DNA from: Leptogorgia sarmentosa
Taxonomy: Eukaryota
Assembly (NCBI GenBank): GCA_964658305.1
Contig: OZ210885.1
Span: 8,060,001 to 8,124,000, forward strand
DNA length: 64,000 bases
Direction of reading: 5' to 3'
Program-made: the position numbers and the translations under genes
Shown: positions 36,450 to 50,500 of the stretch, piece after piece
How the letters are laid out: each line of letters starts with the position of its first letter
Numbering within the stretch: position 1 is the first letter of the stretch
The notes under the pieces: generated by a model
Database searches by the model: none
Told to the model about the DNA's origin: nothing
The model's input: only the letters and a program-made list of their open reading frames with translations

Positions 36450-39400
36450 CAACTCGTGACATATGACTTATATTATTCTTTGACCCAGCACCATTCAAGT
36501 GAAACCCACAAACACAAAAGCTGGAACGTTCTCAATATGTGACGACATTTATTTACGTCGTAGAAGTTTAATACAGAAGCTTTTGTCCTTTTAACATCTT
36601 TGCGAATTTAACATTTGGTGAGTACTATAATAAAAGTTTTGAAACTATTTCCAGTTTCCACAATAACGTTAGGAAATGCCATATTACAAATTTCCTTTCA
36701 AAGCACAATATCCATGTGATGACGTTGCAACACAATGACAAACAAACATGCCTTTACGCTTCTACCATTCGTGTAATATCGTCTCAGGTTATGTGAGGGT
36801 GTTCTATGTCGCTCTTACTTTTAATTATCTGTGATTTCGTGAGCCTTGTATTGCACATAAACTCCTCATTTCACCACTTAGTTTATCTAAGATATTCGTC
36901 ATGCAAGAGCGCTTGTTTGTAAATTAAACTTAATTTATTCAGACAAGATACTGATAAAACTAGACAAGATTTGGATCTTTTTATAAAAGCTGAGGTCATG
37001 AATCATTATTTAATAAATGCTTTAAAGCTTTTCGTTACTATCTATACTGAGTCTTGGGTGGTTATATCATGGTGAACATACATATGACTGGTGCGTGTTC
37101 AATCGCTGACATGTCATGCATACAGCGCTACTTGGCACGATTTGTTGAAAATCCTAAATTGAATTGAGCATTGCCAAACAAAGCAGCCTCCATCCTCACT
37201 TCGGGCTTATTCAATACAGACTTGAGCTGCAATAACCAGAGACCAAACAACATGTGGACCTTTATTGCTTTCAGGTTTTCAGCGATATAACTGCAACTTA
37301 GCAACGCTCAGTCTGTAGCGCTGTTAGCAAATTTGCTGTTCTTGACTAATTAGGTTGTGACGAAGTCTTCAAATTCATAAGAAAGCAAACTTCAATACTA
37401 GCAGTGCGTATACCTCACGCAAGTTTGTTTACAAGTTTCATTAAAAACTATAGTATATGATTGGCAACATTTCAGTCTGTAACAGTTGATAGATTGCGTC
37501 TACCATAAAACAAAGACTGAGATTAAATTGACTGACAGCATGCAAGTAAACGAACTATGGGGTTGTTTAAAGGCATGTAAGATATATGTGCTTTAGTTTT
37601 AAAATTGTCACGTGTATATCTACCCAACTCTTTCCCACATGACTTATGTTTGAAAATCACGGTAACATCTACTACATTATGATGGGTATTTAACTGCCAA
37701 AATCTTTGCGAAATTTAATATACGAACTGTCTTTAATTTTTCATTCATATGATAATTATATTTCCTAAGAAGAGAGAAAATAAAACCGGATGATTTTAAA
37801 TTCATGACGGATTATAAATAAGTTGAGTTGCATTGTGCCCTGGTGTAAAGCTACGAACTCATGTCAGGCGAAAAACATTTTGGTATTTTCCTTCATAGGG
37901 TGAGCTTGTATTGGTCGTTCAGACGTCTTATTATTGTGATAGAAATCATTTCAATGTACTGTTTTGTTGCATGAAACCCAACATGCATTACTTTGCACTT
38001 TGCAACAATATTCCCGGAGCTTAAACAGCAACTTGCTTCAGCTTCATGTAGTTTATACACCGAATGTCTTGTGGTGAGTAGAATTCATCAAATTTATTGT
38101 CATGAATTATTTTACCGAGTATAGTGTGTAAGGAAATATTCAATATGCGGCGCGCCAGTGCGGGAAGCGGATCACAACAGCAAACTCCAGAAAGGGTTTT
38201 GCAATTGCTCACTACCTAAACGATGCAATTAATAAGTTTCAATATTTGGAGCGAACGCCTTTTGTCGGAGTTCATCGTTTAATTTAGGTATAGTCTGACG
38301 AATAATAGCATCAAGAGCACCGGAAAATCCACTCACCAAGTATTGTATCTTAGCAAAAGTTCAACTAAGAGCCTTTGTCCCAAAAGTCGAATCTGCGTAT
38401 TGTTTTAGTATTGATCAACTGTCACCATAGAAAGCAAGTAATTCATTGCTTCATTGGAATCAGAGTTGAAACATATATAAAATATTCCGCTACATGCAAA
38501 CGCATGTTGACATGCAATGTCTTTGTGACCTTAACGATCTTGAATGTTTCACAACGACCGTAGTGCAGTTTCATATTGTATTTTAAACAATTTACCCAAA
38601 TTTGCATAAACTTTAGCCTGAAATGAGCGCCGAAAAAAACCATGTAAATTGTGCTATCAGTTATATTTATAATCTTTATTGCTGACCCTAATCTAATCAT
38701 TGCGGCTTTCTGTTCCCACGTAAAATGTCACATATGAGTGTCTTGCTGAGTTATGTCAGTTATATTGTTCTTCGACCCAGCACCATTCAAGTGAAACCCG
38801 CAAACAGAATTGCTCGAACGTTCGCGAGATATGACGGCGTTGAGTTATGTGACACAAAATGAATACAGAATCGCTTTTTCTTTCAAAAGTCATTTTAACA
38901 CTCGGTGACTCTACGAAAATGTTTCGAAATTATTTCCAGTTTGCAGAGTAACGTTATAAAATGTCACATTGCAAATGTCCTTTCAAAGTACGATATCATG
39001 CGTCTGCAACAAAATGCCAAATAAACATGCTTTGGAGTATGTCTCTCCTACTCCTCACACACGACCATAGGCGTACGGGACCAAATTATTTGGGGGGGCT
39101 GAACAAATTGCCCGAAAAATTTTTCAGACGCGTGAATGGAAAAAGTAAAACCATGTAAAATCATTCCCCCCCCCGCTCGCCAATTTTTTTCCGATTTGCA
39201 CGTGTAGAAACACCAGTTATCCCATGAAAGATTTGGTTATATTACCTTTTTTTAAACATATTGCTCGAAAAACCGGAATATTTAAATATATTGCCCAAAA
39301 AACCTAAATATATTGCCCAAAAATAGTCCATTTAGCCCAGCCCCCCCCCCCCCCCGCCTCGTACGCCTATGCACACCACTTAGTTTATCTAAGCAATTCG

Positions 39401-39895
39401 TCATGCAAAAGCGTTTGTTTGTAAGTTGTAGTGTTGTAGACTTCAATTTTCAGTTCAGACAAGATACTCCTAAAACTAGATATCATTTCAAACGTTTTGA
39501 TCCTAAAAGGGCGGGATCATGAATCATTAATTATATTTATTGAATGCTATAAAAAGCTTTTCATTACTATCTGCAGTGTATTCTTGGGGTTATTATATCA
39601 TGGAGACGTATGACTCCGGCGAATGTTCAGTCATTGGCATGTCATGCATTAGACATACAGCGCTACGTGGCACGATTTACTGAAAATCCTAAATTGAACT
39701 GAGCTTATTCAGACTTGAACATGCAATGACCAGAGAGCCAAACAACACGCAGACGGACCTTAATTGCATTGTAATTTGACAACTTACAGTCTGTATCGCA
39801 AATTTCCTGTTCTTAGTTATGATTAGATTTAGACAAGGCCTTTAAATTCATAGAAAAGCAAACTTCAATACTGGTAGTGTGTATCCTCGTGCAAT
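36450..39895. repeat. Old direct duplication: ~36450-37420 vs ~38720-39895
   Basis: Shared colinear blocks, e.g. GACCCAGCACCATTCAAGTGAAACCC, CACCACTTAGTTTATCTAAG, CATACAGCGCTAC, GAAAGCAAACTTCAATACT. Confidence 0.75.
39066..39371. mobile_element. hAT MITE
   Basis: TIR CATAGGCGTACG / CGTACGCCTATG; TSD CACACGAC/CACACCAC (7 of 8 match); empty site in the paralogous block at ~36870. Confidence 0.85.
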
Positions 39896-40032
39896 GTGTA
39901 TCGTCACATTGACAACCGTGTTGTTAAAAACGTCCCTGCGTGAGCTCTCTTTTATCCTCGATTAACCGCCGCACTGTAGTTGCGAAGGTGCGACGTTTAT
40001 TAATAAATTCATTATTCCCTATATCTGTAGGC

Positions 40033-40725
40033 TATTTAACAGTTATTCTGCGAACTCGAGTCGTATATGCGCTGATAGTCGACGAGGCGCGTAGCGCCGA
40101 GTCGACTATCAGTCATATACGACGAGAGTGAGCAGAATAACTGTTTTATTATGTACACAAGCGCTGGACGAAAACAACTTCCAAATTTATTTGTATTTTA
40201 GTTAATAACTGAATATAATTTCAAAGTGTTCTATCGCTTTGAAATCGACATATTTACAAAAACAGTTTTATACTTGATAAATACACACCAAAAAGCACGG
40301 AAAAAACAACAGTTACGGAATTAAAATAGTCGTCGTTTCGTTTAAACTATAGCTAGTTTTAAATTTCAGCAGTTTTCATCTGTATTTTTCTGCATTTGAA
40401 AGTACAACACAAATTTTACAGTTGTAAAATGTCAACAAACAGCAACAGGCGATCCAACTCAGTCAAGCGATGAATATTACAGCCTCGAGTCCGGTTTTCC
40501 AGATTCAAAACTGCACAATAAACATTTACAACTAAACTTCTTGAATTTTATTCTTTTAATCGGTCGCAAAGACGTTTTTAACTGTTGAAAACTTCAATTC
40601 CGGCTTCGCTCTTTCAGCCATTTTGTTTACATTTCTGTACTAGCAGGATATGAGCTAATATCCTGCTAGTAGAGAACCAATCAGATTGCAGAATAGCTCA
40701 TATCCAGCGTTTGTGTATATAATAA
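40033..40725. mobile_element. Non-autonomous Crypton-like element
   Basis: Terminal hairpin AACAGTTATTCTGC..GAGGCGCGTAGCGCCGAG..GCAGAATAACTGTT; ends TATAATAA. Confidence 0.6.
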
Positions 40726-41514
40726 GTATAGATATACATATGCATATTTCCGGATGGACATTATGTGTAAAAAATACAATGTCTTACTTAAATCTGAGCA
40801 TAGACGATTGTCACAACGACAAACCTCACTTTGTTACAGAATAGACTCGAACCCGAATTTGAATTTAATGAATTTCGCTTCTCTCTTCCAAAGAACAGGT
40901 AAAGGATACACCATAAGTCCCAATTAATAGGCAACTCCACCCGCACCTACCTATCTGTCTGTTTTTCGTATTTGAATTCCCCAGAAATGTGCTATCAATT
41001 TTTTATGTTCATTTTGTCGGGGGCCCCTAAAGTTCGGGGGCCCCCTGTCACTGGACACCCTGACACCCCTCGGTTACGCCACTGATTTGTCTATGATCTA
41101 AGTGACTTTAAAGCGATTATTATATTATTTAGAGCGGCACAACTTGAATGATATAAGTATTAAGTATATTTGATCGTCGTCAGTTTACAACTATCCATAA
41201 TATGCTCGAAATACGGAACAAACTGCGAAGCAACGAAGCCGAATATTTGCAGACAGCGTTGAGTGGTCAATACTTTCCACTCGTCTTACAAATTGAATAA
41301 ATCTTGCTTGTCTGATTTTTCAAAACTGGGTTACTCATACAGTATTTTCAAAGGACATACGTTCCAGTATTTTCAAAGAAACTTCTACTTTCACATTTTT
41401 GTAAAACATTAAAATGTCAGAAAGTAATTATGTCTGTACTGTTTACAAAAGCTTTGTGCTTTTGGTAGCTAAAATTGTAACACCATTATTTTATGTTTAC
41501 TTCATAGAACGATA

Positions 41515-44500
41515 ATGATATCAGAGGAAGAACAACATTGGGTTTTAGTTGGCATTGCCTTTACCAAAGTTCTTGCACCTGCATTGAGGAAAGTTGTCGC
41601 CACTGAACTTGGGAAATGGTATCATTCTTTATGCCAACCACCTGATGAAATTCACAAGCAAGATTTTGCAGCATACAGAAGGAAGAAATTACCCCCTTCC
41701 ACCCATAACCTACAATATCAAAACATCAACAACAACATTATTCACAAGCCTACTAAATCAGCTTATGATTATGCTGTTAAAGATCCTGTCTCGTTGGCGA
41801 AACTATTCGTCACCGACTTTATGGCACATTTCACTGGATTTGATGAAACCATGGATATGTCAGCACTTTTGACTATTATCGGCAAGGCAGCTCCTTTTGT
41901 TTCTTCTGGCGCTGCAGTTGAAGCAAACAAAGTTCGGTCGGAAATCAGAAACCCATGGGCTCATTGTAACATCTCTGAATGGACTGTACATATGTTCAAT
42001 GACTCGTTTCAAGGAATGGAATCTTTGGTGAAAAAAATTAATTTTCCAGCAGTTGACGAAAAAAGGATTTGTGATGAACTAGATTTCTGGAATAAAACAG
42101 GTACTGTATTATTACCATTATTGCCGGAATCTCATCATTCCTTTAAATGTGTTTTGCGCAGATCATTTTTTATTTCCTGTAGGAAAACCCCCTTATTCAA
42201 ACTCTCTTATTCATTTATTATTATTATTATCCAATTTGATTCCTATATTACCATATTATACAATTCAATGCAATTCTCAGTACAATCAATCGTTGGAATT
42301 CTGCGATAGTGTAGCTACTTTGAAACTTTATTTAGAAATCTAGTGTTTAATTGGTGACAGTGATTTATTTTTAGATCTTCATATAAGTGCAAAAGTTAAA
42401 TGCCTTTAATACTGTATTCAAAATCATATACAGTATTTATCGATGCCAATTTTTTCATTTTAGTATTAGGCACTCAAAATTGATAGACTTTTCTCGATAA
42501 GGATATAAATTTTTCATGGTAATACTAAAATATACAAAATTTGAAAACATTACAGGGTCATATTTTTCGCATTTTACAACATTTTCTCAACCAAACTTTA
42601 CAGTTTTACAAACTTTGGGATGCTCTTTAACGCTGTTGCTCTGAATTGTATTATTTCGAAATTTTTAAAAATTGTCTATTATGCAAAAAGTCTACCTTAC
42701 TCAAAACGTCCAACCTATTTGCATTGTTTAGGTAGTGGGTATGACATGTGCTGCTTGCTGATGTTGTTATCCCCTATCTACTACACTGGCCGCATATTGA
42801 AGTTTGCTAATAGCGACAGCAGACCATGCTTATCAAATAGCTTGTATGGACAGCAAGGCATGCTTTTTCAGGTATCCTTCGTGCTACGCGCATTAGCAGC
42901 GATATATTTATAGTGTTTGTGATACTCAAGATCAATTTTTTTCATTATTTCCAGACATTCTTGTTGACGGTCGTCACGCAAAACTAATTGCAGAAAGTGT
43001 GGCTGAACTTTGCCGTTGTATGAAAAACTTCAATTTGAACGCCGACACAAAGGTTTGAGGAACTTTAATTTTGATGTTTCATTTAACAGTCGTTGAATAA
43101 GTAGGAAGACGCAGTTCAAATTAATATAAGACATGTTTCAAATGCGAGCGAGTGCAATTTTCAGCGTGGGAACGCAATCTGTGCTTTTTTAGGATAATGC
43201 TGTTTTTATGAGTTTTGCTTTACCCGTTAAACGTTACAAGTCAAACATGTGCATACTTTTTTGGGGGAGACGTTTGCAACAGAATACTTAGAACGAAGCG
43301 TGGAGCGATAAATAAAACACACTACATATCAATTACTGATAAATACTAATATAAATTCTCTTTTAGGAAAAAACTAGCCCTAGGACACCCCATTAAGCAA
43401 AACAATTGGTAGATAACAATAACTTTTCCTTGCAAAATTGCTATTGATGTTTCAACGTTGAACTACAATTTTCTGAAAAGTTTAAAAACTAGCAGACCTG
43501 CATGTCAAATTTCAATAGACCTTATGTATAATGACGTCACGAAAGGTTGTCGTGCACGGTTCTGGTTCTGGTGGTCGGGACGGAAACGTTCATTTGTTTT
43601 CAAAGATTCCTGCTTTTACTACTATAAAACCACAATTGTCTGTATGCATCACACCTTGTGACGTGTTTATGCATGAGGTCATGTAGTTTATTTGTTGAAA
43701 TGCCATGCAGTATTTTGCATGCTACTGCTTTATAACTACAGGAATATTGTTTTATTCAATACGAATCCAACCTGAGCATATTCTTTGGTGTCTGTGGAAT
43801 AAGGCCAGTTGAAACTTGGGACGTCGAACTTTTGATGTGCCAAGCCTAATCCAATTGAACTCAAACAAAGAACTTAGCTCGTTAACATTAGATTTGGCAC
43901 ATGAAATGTACGACGTCTGAATTAGGCCTACGGCATTTTAAAGAACGAAAATCTAATGGCGGCAACGCTTATACCATGCCTTTCGAATATGAATCCGAAA
44001 TGAAGTATAACGAAACTTGAATTATGCTTTTTAAAGAGAAATTTGAAATCCTTTTTTATGCTAACGCGAATGTAAATTTTGTCGGCATATGGCCCGTTTT
44101 ATATTTATTTTTATTCCGTAACTGTTAAATTTGCTTTATAATCGATCAATAAGTTCCAAAAACATATAAATTTTTTAATTATAGAACTTTCTGCTTCTTT
44201 TTATGGCAAATCAAGATGTGATAGCTAAATATCGCTGACTTAACAGTGTCCATTATCATGCACCCTGCCTTCATTTACCTTTATGAATCATCGACTTCTT
44301 TTCGAGCTCATCAAGTATACGTCTTCTTTCACGACGGCTGCACGAAGTTCCTCCGGCTACTTTGGTCGCACTTTTGGAGCACATTGTGGGACAATGGGGC
44401 AATATTTCTAAAAAGAATAATGCATGATGCTTGGAAATATAATTTCATTTCTAATGCTGACCAGAAAATATCGCACATTCATACATGCATTGTTCTGTGA

Positions 44501-47500
44501 ATAAAGCATCATTTGTATCCCTGCAGATATTTTAATCTTTAATGTTTATTCATGAATATTTAATATAAATTGAAATATTTATAGCTCTTTACATGTATCT
44601 CTGCAGATGAATGCCGTGGTAGAGAAACTTGACAACATCCATTCAAAACTGGTCTGCAGAATTGAAAAAGTTGAAACATGTGTCGCGAAAAACTCGGAAA
44701 AACTTGTCCATCAGTCGAAGGAACTTGGAGAACACTCAAAGGAACTTGAACAACACTCGAAGGAACTGGAACAACACTCGGAAAAATTTGATCATCAGTC
44801 GAAGGAACTTGGAGAACACTCAAAGGAACTGGACCATCAGTCAAAGGAACTTGGAGAACATTCAAAGAAACTTGAACAACACTCAGCAAAATTTGATCAT
44901 CAATCAAAGAAACTTGAACAACACTCAATAAAATTTGAACATCATTCCAAGGAGCTTCAAAGCCATGCGGACAAAATTGAGAGTACTTTCAATGAAATTA
45001 AATGTTTACAGCAAAATGTCAACAAGACGGAGAGTCATCATGAGAGACAAAGAAATTATTCGCCACCAAAAGGTATCAAATTGTTGAAAAAAATATTACA
45101 ATGTGATTACGCGCCACAAATTAGCCAGCGAGAGTAATTGTAGGAGTATATTCGGATCTGTTGAGAAGCCACTTAATTTTATGTATGAATTAAGCAGTTA
45201 TATATAGGTATATCAGTTAGACGTTTAGTATTTTCGCATTCAGTCAATATTTGGTCCATCAGTAAGATAGTTTGCGTAATATTCTCCAGTTTAACGTTTG
45301 TAAATTGGCACAGGTGTACAACGCAAAAAGTTGGGAAAATGGCGTGTATGCAATCAAAGAGACTTCGCGTGCAGTGTTTTGGCACAGGCAGATAACAGAA
45401 TTTTCTTTAATATTTATTAAACTATTTTAATTTGACGATTTCACACACGACAAATAATGCGAGGAAGCCATACGTGAAAAATTCTGAAAATTAAGCCAAT
45501 CAGGGTGAAGTAATTTTGCCCTGAATGAGGAAAAAATGTCCTCTTCATTAGTCATTCATCAGGTTTTATTAAATTTACCCTCTATATGATTATGGGAAAA
45601 AGTAGGCAGTTTGAGACAATAACAGTGAATGTGCATTTTTAAACGCAACGCCTTTTAAATACATACAGCCCCGCCCCTAATAAAACGCAACCATTGAAAA
45701 TAATCTATAACAACAATTTCGATAGCTATTAAGAAATTTTCAACAATTTGTACACCCTTGGGTTAAACTTATAGTGCGAGGGACGGAGGCATTGTAATTC
45801 TAACAATAGATTATTTTCAAAGGTAGCGTTTTCAATTGTTTGGGACGCCCAGTAGATTGACACGATACAGCGTTAGCAAATGGGTGTGCCAGTTATATAT
45901 GTAATTAATTGTCCATTCGTTACGCACACAAAAGTGGGTCTACTAATACAGCATCAATTCCTTTTTTTTTTATGTTAGTTGCCCATGGTTTGCGCAGTCT
46001 ACCTCGTGACATGGTGGAGAGACCGTCAGAAGTGAACGAGATATCAAGGTTACTTGCGGATGGAAATAGTAGAGTTGGTGTGGTTGGGAATCGTGGGGGC
46101 GACGTCGTTGGTATCCGTGGTATGGGGGGTCTGGGAAAGACCATCTTAGCTCTGGCCGTTGCTTGGGTTGCCAAAGAATCTCGTCAGGTAATATGGCTTG
46201 ACATTGGGGAAACTCCAGACTGTCTAGCGCTGATTAACCTCCTCATAAAAGACATTGGTGGAGAAATGACGTTCTCTGATATCCGCGCCGCGCAAGGCTG
46301 GATAAAAGCAAATACGGTATGTGCAGCTTTTCCAGGGTTTATGTAATACTCATTGCCACGATATAACAAGGAAACCGTTCTCAAAAAAGATCCCTAGTGC
46401 TAATTTACTTTCATATAAACTTTCAATGATCCCTATGTTTTTACCATGTTTCTGTCATGAGAGTTGGTGTCCTTCTGACTCAGAAGTCATGATAACTTTC
46501 CTTCTGCTCCGACGCGATTAATTTTACCCCCAATAAATAAGTCGAAAAGTATCAACACATACGACGATAAAGTAGTTTTCCATGTATTGCAGAGTGATAA
46601 AGATTGCTTGGTGATTCTTGATGATGTTTGGAGTGTAAACCACGCTTCTGTATTTGATCATCTCTCTGGAAAATGCCAATTATTGATAACTACAAGGAAT
46701 TCTGAAGTTGTCCGCGGTTTACAAGGTTCTGCTTTGTATAAACTCAAATTTTTAAAACGGGATGATTCTTACAAGCTCTTGTATCAAACTGCCCGAGTCA
46801 CCGAGGACGAGCAGTCTAAGTTTAGTTCAAACATGCGGCAAATTATTGAGGAAATGTTAAACCACTGCGGCGATCTACCGCTAGCTCTGTCCCTAGTGGG
46901 TTCAAGTTTAGCCGACACTCGCGACGAACAAGACTGGGAAGACGTTTTAAATGACCTCAAAACAGCAGACTTGGTAAAATTACGGTCAATATATCCCACC
47001 AACGCTTATCCTTACGACAACGTCTTAACAGCCATTAACGCCAGCTTTCAACATTTGAACGAAGAAATACGAGAAAAGTTTCTAGATTTCGCTTTATTTC
47101 CAGAAGATACGGATGTACCATCAGACATTCTTGAGATGTTTTGGTCTTCCAAAGTAGCCGGAAGAACTTCGTGCAGCCGTCGTGAAGCAAGACGTATACT
47201 TGATGAGCTCGAAAAGAAGTCGATGATTCAAAAAGGTAAATGAAGGCACGGTGCATGATAATAGACAAAAATCTTCGCCACAGTTGGAAACAGCGTGCAA
47301 AAATTACTATAACTTCAAAGTTTAAAGAAGAAATATCATAAAATGGGAATATCATTGCCAGACACAGTTCATTTTGTGTACTATTGTATCAGGGCAAACA
47401 AAATTATATCCATTTCAGGCGAAAATGGGTATTAAATCACTTCTGCTTTATAAATAGTATGTAAATTGTGCTAAATTTGCATGGGCACAATTTCCTCATT

Positions 47501-50500
47501 TTATAATTTTTATTCTTCAAACTTTGTATTCATGCTAATTTCAGCACGCTATTTCCAACTGTGATGATAGCTTTTTGCTTGTTGTCTTATTTTTAAACTT
47601 TTGTGATCGCTAAATTTGTCTGTTGCTTCATGCAATCAAATGAAATGCACGAATACGACGAGAAAATTTTCAAATACTTTTTTACTACAGCTCCTTTTGC
47701 GAAAGCTGTATATTAACTATCAACAAGTTGTTAGGCTGAACATTTAATCAAACCAATGTCAAACAAGCCTAAGGAAATTAATTTTCAGCTATAACCATAT
47801 GTTGACTCATATGTGGGCAAGCCAAATTTGCCCGTTCATTTGCCCAATATTTTCAGTGTTTTCCTCTGACATTCTTAGATGAGCAACAAATCGAATTGAA
47901 TGGAAAATACTTCCATCGCCCTGGGGTATACTAAATCGGAAAAATTATTGTACTATACCCTGACTGCAGTCCCAGACTGCTCTAGTGTCCTGTACAAAAA
48001 CGTTTCGAATCACCATAATATGTGACTATGTTCTCTAACGGCAGAATTTAATTCAGTGCGAAATGGGGCGCGATCGACTTTTAGCGAACGCTTCATTTTG
48101 AAATACAAACAGTCAACGATTCTCATTAACTTTGGGTGATTGCAAGCATTTCAAAAGAAAGCGATCGCTAACCAAAATTTTGCACTCATTTTAAATTCGC
48201 CTTATAACGATAATTTTCAGGATCTGATATCCATGGAAAGAAGAGCTACCGTCTCCACGATCTCCTTTTGGGTTTTGCACGTGCAAAACTAGGAGGCAAA
48301 CTAAGTTCTGTCCAGTGTTTGTTCGTGGAGGCACTTCGTGGTCATTCCAAGAACGGTGATTGGGGAAAATTTGAAGGCAACAAGGATTATTATTTCAAGT
48401 ACCTGACCTATCACCTCCACTCCTCCGAGCAATTTGATGAACTACATAAACTGTTCTTCAATTTTAACTGGCTTTATGAAAAGGTGAATCAATTCGATCT
48501 CCCCTCCTTAATGTCAGATTTTCGTTTTCTGGATCAGCCCTCGAAAGAAATCGAACTGCTCAAGACGTCGTTGATGCGGTCTTTCGTGGTTATCGAGGAA
48601 AATTTCCATTCTATTGGTCCACAGCTGTTAGGTAATTACTTTATTTTTTTGCTAAATTTTGTTTCACTGCTTACACGATACGATAAGATTCCAGATTTCT
48701 GGCGAAGGCTTTCGAAAACTGGTGTATCAAATCCATCCGATTGGTTTTTACTTGGTTTCCATATATTCACTAATATAAAAACCCTTGTGTTTTCCCCCGA
48801 CCCCACTACTAATTAGCTACTAAGGGCCTTTGCCCGATACGTCGAAACGGCTACCAGCACTGCCCAAATACGCTTGCATATAGATGAATGGCAACTGTTT
48901 TGGGTTGCTACCACACTATATAACGCGAAGTATTACCTTATGATGAATGTTTTGCCTATCTTTATAAAAACTCCATTAGGCATGCTATCAGAAAAGAAAG
49001 GTTCTCTATTGTTAACCAGCTAGTTCGTATGTATACGGTTCTTACATATGATGCGTCTCCGTGGGTAATTCACGCCCATGATTCACACAAAGTATCAGGC
49101 ATGCGATCGGTCAATTTTCACAGTCATTGTCATTCACCCACGCCATATGTTATTGGAGATTGGAATCAAATTGAGTTAGACATTATAAATAAACAATAAT
49201 ATGACGAATTTTAAAAACTGTAGGAAGTAACGTTCTGTTGTATTAGAGTAAAGTATTTTTTAGTTGTTAAGCATGAGATCGATGCTTTGTACTTTCTGGC
49301 ATTGTAAAAAGGGGGTCAATGGACCGATTACATAAAAGAACAAAAATTTTCAAAAAGTTCGAAATTGTACAATTCATAATAACAGCGTTGAGGAGCATCC
49401 CAAAGTTAGTAAGATTGCAGAGTTTGGTTGCTAAATGGTGTAAAATGCGAGGAATATACCCCTGAGAAGTTTGCAAATTTTGTATATTTAAGTATTACGC
49501 ACACAAAATTGATACCCTTTTCACGACAATTTAGGGTATCAATTTGCCGCACAGAATGATTGAAACTCTCAATCCCAGGAAAATAGATTTTGTAGCATGT
49601 AATAAAATGGATTTGTGCGTTTATTAAGCGCGAGACAAAACAAACGAAATCGTATATAGTTTCAAGTATTTTGTTCAGGGGCGTAGCGAGCGGGGGGGGG
49701 GGGGGGTGTGGGGGGTTTGACACCCCCCAATTTTTTGGAAAATGGTCGGTAAATGAATTGCGGTCGGTTTTAAAGCCAAAGCGGTCGGCAAATTTTCAAT
49801 TTATGTCATTAAATCACAGAGAGAGCAGAAAAGTAAAATATGTAAAAGTATATGTGTGTTGTCTATGTTCGTGTGTGATTAGTTCGCAAGCTGTGGTTGT
49901 ACAACATCTAAGACCTCTAGACTCTATTCTCAGTGTTAAGGCTTTGGTTAACACTCTGAAATGGCCGTTTCCGGCGATCTAGATGCTCTAAATTCTCAAA
50001 ATTTTCTCGCTTGACGCCAACCATGGTGGCGTCTCGTGAGACTCGCCCTCCCCTTGAAATGATGCAGCCCTGTCGCGCCCAAACCTATTTAGGTCGGTAA
50101 AATATTTTGCTTTACACCCCCCTATCGGAATGGCTTCGCTACGCCACTGAATTTTGTTTTGAACCTACGCGCATACCGATCATACACTTTAGCGTCCAGG
50201 CATGAATGGACAGAATATAGTGTATATAAGTATATTATTATAATATGGTTTTGAAATAAGTAAATTTGGTTTTTAGAAAGCCACATTTTTCACAAACAAT
50301 CGCAAAGCGCTGTCTCTATTTTAAAGGCGCAATAACATAAAATCCGATATTATATGTCGTCAAGTTTTAATATCTTATGCAATTTGATATGATCGCGCGA
50401 ATTCCGGAATGCGAGATAGTCATGAAAGCTTATATCAAGTATTGAATACGTCTCACGTTTTAACGACGCGCAACCTCATGTCTTAATGTTTGTGCCAGGG

